Of a DNA stretch of 64,000 nucleotides, positions 61,781 through 64,000 are shown piece by piece. Source of the DNA: Nanobdellota archaeon (lineage in GTDB: Archaea; Nanobdellota; Nanobdellia; Parvarchaeales; Parvarchaeaceae); assembly GCA_021802505.1 (NCBI GenBank), contig JAJZXE010000001.1, positions 35,683 through 99,682 on the forward strand. The letters run 5' to 3'. Position 1 is the stretch's first letter. Each line of letters opens with the position of its first letter. A model generated the notes under the pieces. It had not been told where the DNA came from. It did not search any database and saw only the letters and a program-made list of their open reading frames with translations. Made by a program: the position numbers and the translations under genes.

Positions 61781-63466
61781 ATGCAGTATAAATGGACTGT
61801 TCTGGCAAATACAACCATGGGCGGTTTGATGGCCTCTATAAATGCTACGATCATACTTATCTCTCTGCCTTCAATCTTTCGAGGGTTGAATGTAAATCCG
61901 GTGTCTCCCGGGAACTTTACGCTTCTTTTGTGGGTTCTTCTGGGATACATGGTCGTTACCGCGTCGCTGCTGGTGACATTCGGCAGATTGTCCGATGATT
62001 ACGGGAGAAAAAGATTTTATACCATAGGGTTTGCGATATTCGCCGCGGCCTCAATAGCACTGTCATTTACACCCTATAATTCCGGAACAAACGGCGTTTT
62101 ATTCATAATAATCTTCAGGTTGATACAGGGAGTCGGCGGCGGATTCATAATGGTGAACAGCACCGCACTTTTAACGGATGCTTTTCCGGACAACGAACGC
62201 GGAAAGGCATTGGGCACAAACCAGGTGGCTTTCTTAGCGGGCTCTTTTATAGGCCTGATTGCAGGTGGACTTTTGGCACCGTTCGATTTTCACCTTATAT
62301 TCATAGTGAACATACCGTTTGCGGTCCTTGGCGCGGTGTGGTCGTATTATAAATTAAAGGAGGAAAGAACCGTTAAGAAAAAGAAAGGGCTGGACTGGAA
62401 GGGGAACCTCGCGCTGTCCGGCGGGCTGGTACTTGTTGCATTGGGTTTCACCTATGCCTTGACGCCCTATAAAACGAATGCCCTGGGCTGGGCTAATCCC
62501 TGGGTAATAGCAAGTATGGCCGTAGGTACGCTCCTTATAATTTCATTCGTGTTCATAGAAAGAAAAGTCAAAAATCCACTGTTTAATCTGTCCTTATTCA
62601 GGAACATACAGTTCTCATTCAGTTCCATGGCCCTTTTTTTGAGTGCCTTGGCCAGGGGTGCAGTGATGTTTCTCGTTATAATCTGGCTGCAGGGAGTTTA
62701 TCTGCCGCTGCATCACTTTACCATCGCGGAAACGCCTTTTTGGGCAGGGATATACATGATACCTCTGATGGTGGGGTTCATAGCCTTAGGACCTATAAGC
62801 GGCGTTCTGACGGACAGATTCGGCGCAAGGGTCTTCAGCACTCTCGGCTTAGCGATAACCGCGGCCGGTCTTCTTCTGCTTTCACTGTTTTCCGCTAATT
62901 TTTCATATATCCCGTTTGCGATCGTACTTTTCATAATAGGCGCGGGTAACGGCCTGTTCGCCGCCCCAAATACAAAGAGGGCCATGGATGCTTTGCTCTG
63001 GAAGGAGAGGGGCGTGGGCAACGGGATAAGGACTACTTTTGCCAATATAGGGCAGATGATGAGCATGGCAATATTTTTCACGATTACCATAACGGTATTT
63101 TCGTTTGCTCTTCCCTCGCTTATAAACACGCAGCTTACATCTCTGAACGTGCCGCCGGCCTTGACCGCCCAGCTCGCCGCCGTGCCTGCTTCCGCATTTC
63201 TTTTTTCCGCGTTCTTAGGCATAAACCCGATAACCTCCTTCCTGGCACAGGCCCCAAAATCTTTAGTAGCGCAGATCTCAAATTCTTCTCTGGCTACCTT
63301 AAAATCCAGTACCTTTATACCCAAGATAATAGCCTCTCCGTTTATGCAGGGGCTGAGGACAGCGCTTTATATAGGGATAATCATTCTGATAATAGCGGCT
63401 GTGCTTTCTGCGTTTACCAAGCACGGAGTCGTTAAGGGCGCGGAAATGAGCCAGAATTACAAGTAG
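61781..63466 (+). CDS. MFS transporter, 14-TM DHA2 (EmrB/QacA-like) type
   Basis: 561 aa with about 14 TM helices. MFS motif A-like GRLSDDYGRKR and motif C-like region. Confidence 0.75.
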   Translation: MQYKWTVLANTTMGGLMASINATIILISLPSIFRGLNVNPVSPGNFTLLLWVLLGYMVVTASLLVTFGRLSDDYGRKRFYTIGFAIFAAASIALSFTPYNSGTNGVLFIIIFRLIQGVGGGFIMVNSTALLTDAFPDNERGKALGTNQVAFLAGSFIGLIAGGLLAPFDFHLIFIVNIPFAVLGAVWSYYKLKEERTVKKKKGLDWKGNLALSGGLVLVALGFTYALTPYKTNALGWANPWVIASMAVGTLLIISFVFIERKVKNPLFNLSLFRNIQFSFSSMALFLSALARGAVMFLVIIWLQGVYLPLHHFTIAETPFWAGIYMIPLMVGFIALGPISGVLTDRFGARVFSTLGLAITAAGLLLLSLFSANFSYIPFAIVLFIIGAGNGLFAAPNTKRAMDALLWKERGVGNGIRTTFANIGQMMSMAIFFTITITVFSFALPSLINTQLTSLNVPPALTAQLAAVPASAFLFSAFLGINPITSFLAQAPKSLVAQISNSSLATLKSSTFIPKIIASPFMQGLRTALYIGIIILIIAAVLSAFTKHGVVKGAEMSQNYK

Positions 63467-63516
63467 GCAAACTAAAAAATAAATGTTTTTTTTATCTGTG
63501 TTTTTAATTTTTTTGT

Positions 63517-64000
63517 TTATATGTGAAGGTAATTGATTTCTTCCGGTTTTACCGTATAGTTATTATCATATATCTCTCTTCCGCTTTCATACGCTTTTAT
63601 GAGGTAGCTGCCGCTCTCCACTGTAAAGTCACCAGTGCCGCTCTCCAGGCTCTCGTTTAGTGTGTAATTTCCTCTCTGTAATGATATGCTGAGATTTTTG
63701 ACCGTACTGTTTATGTAAAGCTCCGATATCTCGGAGGAGTTTATGGACCAAAGCGTTCCCAGATAAGCATTCTTTCCGCTGGTTATGTTTGCATATAGCA
63801 GCCCGTTGCCGTAAACTAGAGGGGAAACCACCGCATTGCTTATCCCTTCCTCGGTATTGCATCCGAAATCATATGCATCCTGCACGCCCTGGAAATTGTC
63901 CCCGTTCCAATACGCGAGCGACAGTGACAGCGATCCGTTTACAAGAGTCGTATTATATCCGTTGCCCGGCCCTCCGAGTATTATTCCCGCGTCATAAAAA
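63517..64000 (-). CDS. Extracellular protein fragment (N-terminus beyond window edge)
   Basis: The reverse-strand frame stays open from the GTG at 63885 to base 64000 (...GPGNGYNTTLVNGSLSLSLAYWNGDNFQGV-QDAYDFG...). It is Asn/Ser/Gly/Tyr-rich with N-x-S/T sequons, so the ORF-track start is probably internal. Confidence 0.45.
   Translation of the reverse strand, partial: FYDAGIILGGPGNGYNTTLVNGSLSLSLAYWNGDNFQGVQDAYDFGCNTEEGISNAVVSPLVYGNGLLYANITSGKNAYLGTLWSINSSEISELYINSTVKNLSISLQRGNYTLNESLESGTGDFTVESGSYLIKAYESGREIYDNNYTVKPEEINYLHI

Noticed and set aside
62713-63324. A 203-aa reverse-strand ORF inside the MFS transporter gene
   Set aside because: It is an antisense shadow ORF. The plus strand gives a coherent 14-TM transporter.
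1-64000. CRISPR arrays, IS elements, integrases, rRNA genes and toxin-antitoxin pairs
   Set aside because: Reading the intergenic regions and ORF translations, I found no regularly spaced direct repeats, no transposase or integrase motifs, and no rRNA-like sequence.

Overview
Compact, moderately AT-rich archaeal chromosomal segment. The archaeal assignment rests on the thermosome, Sm-L37e operon, aEF-1beta, PCNA, Pth2, TFE, AglB, Cbf5, L21e-RpoF-DUF655, L40e, aMBF1 and intron-containing tRNAs. My guess of a small-genome DPANN/ARMAN-like or Thermoplasmata-like lineage is inference only. About 75 protein genes are packed with many start/stop overlaps (ATGA, TAATG) and GGAGG-type ribosome-binding sites. 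The content is mostly housekeeping:
- six aminoacyl-tRNA synthetases (TrpRS, class II LysRS, ValRS, PheRS alpha and beta, SerRS)
- ribosomal proteins L37e, S2, L40e and L21e
- Hel308, RNase J, enolase, a cupin-type PGI and an N-glycosylation pair (flippase plus AglB)
- a TtuB/TtuA-like sulfur-carrier and tRNA-thiolase pair

I found eight tRNA genes by hand-folding. Four (Ile, Arg, Gly, Trp) carry introns at the canonical 37/38 position. I saw no rRNA, CRISPR array, transposase or integrase.

The strongest finding is in cbf5, the box H/ACA pseudouridine synthase gene. It is interrupted by an in-frame TGA inside a 12-nt insert that sits on the catalytic Asp codon. Removing those 12 nt restores the canonical GTLDP motif, and the flanks fold into a bulge-helix-loop with the same geometry as the tRNA introns in this window. 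This points to an mRNA micro-intron cut by the tRNA splicing endonuclease.

Other points worth a second look:
- a near-identical tRNA-Leu pair in which one copy has an A34 (AAG) anticodon
- a tRNA-Ile(UAU)
- a 725-aa tandem calcineurin-like phosphoesterase next to a DHH phosphoesterase
- a tight RHH / PAPS-reductase-like / orphan operon whose first two proteins share a C-terminal L-x-x-x-G-Y-M tail
- a 431-aa Asn/Ser-rich coiled-coil protein coupled to a wHTH gene

All family assignments come from motif recognition by eye. No database search was run.
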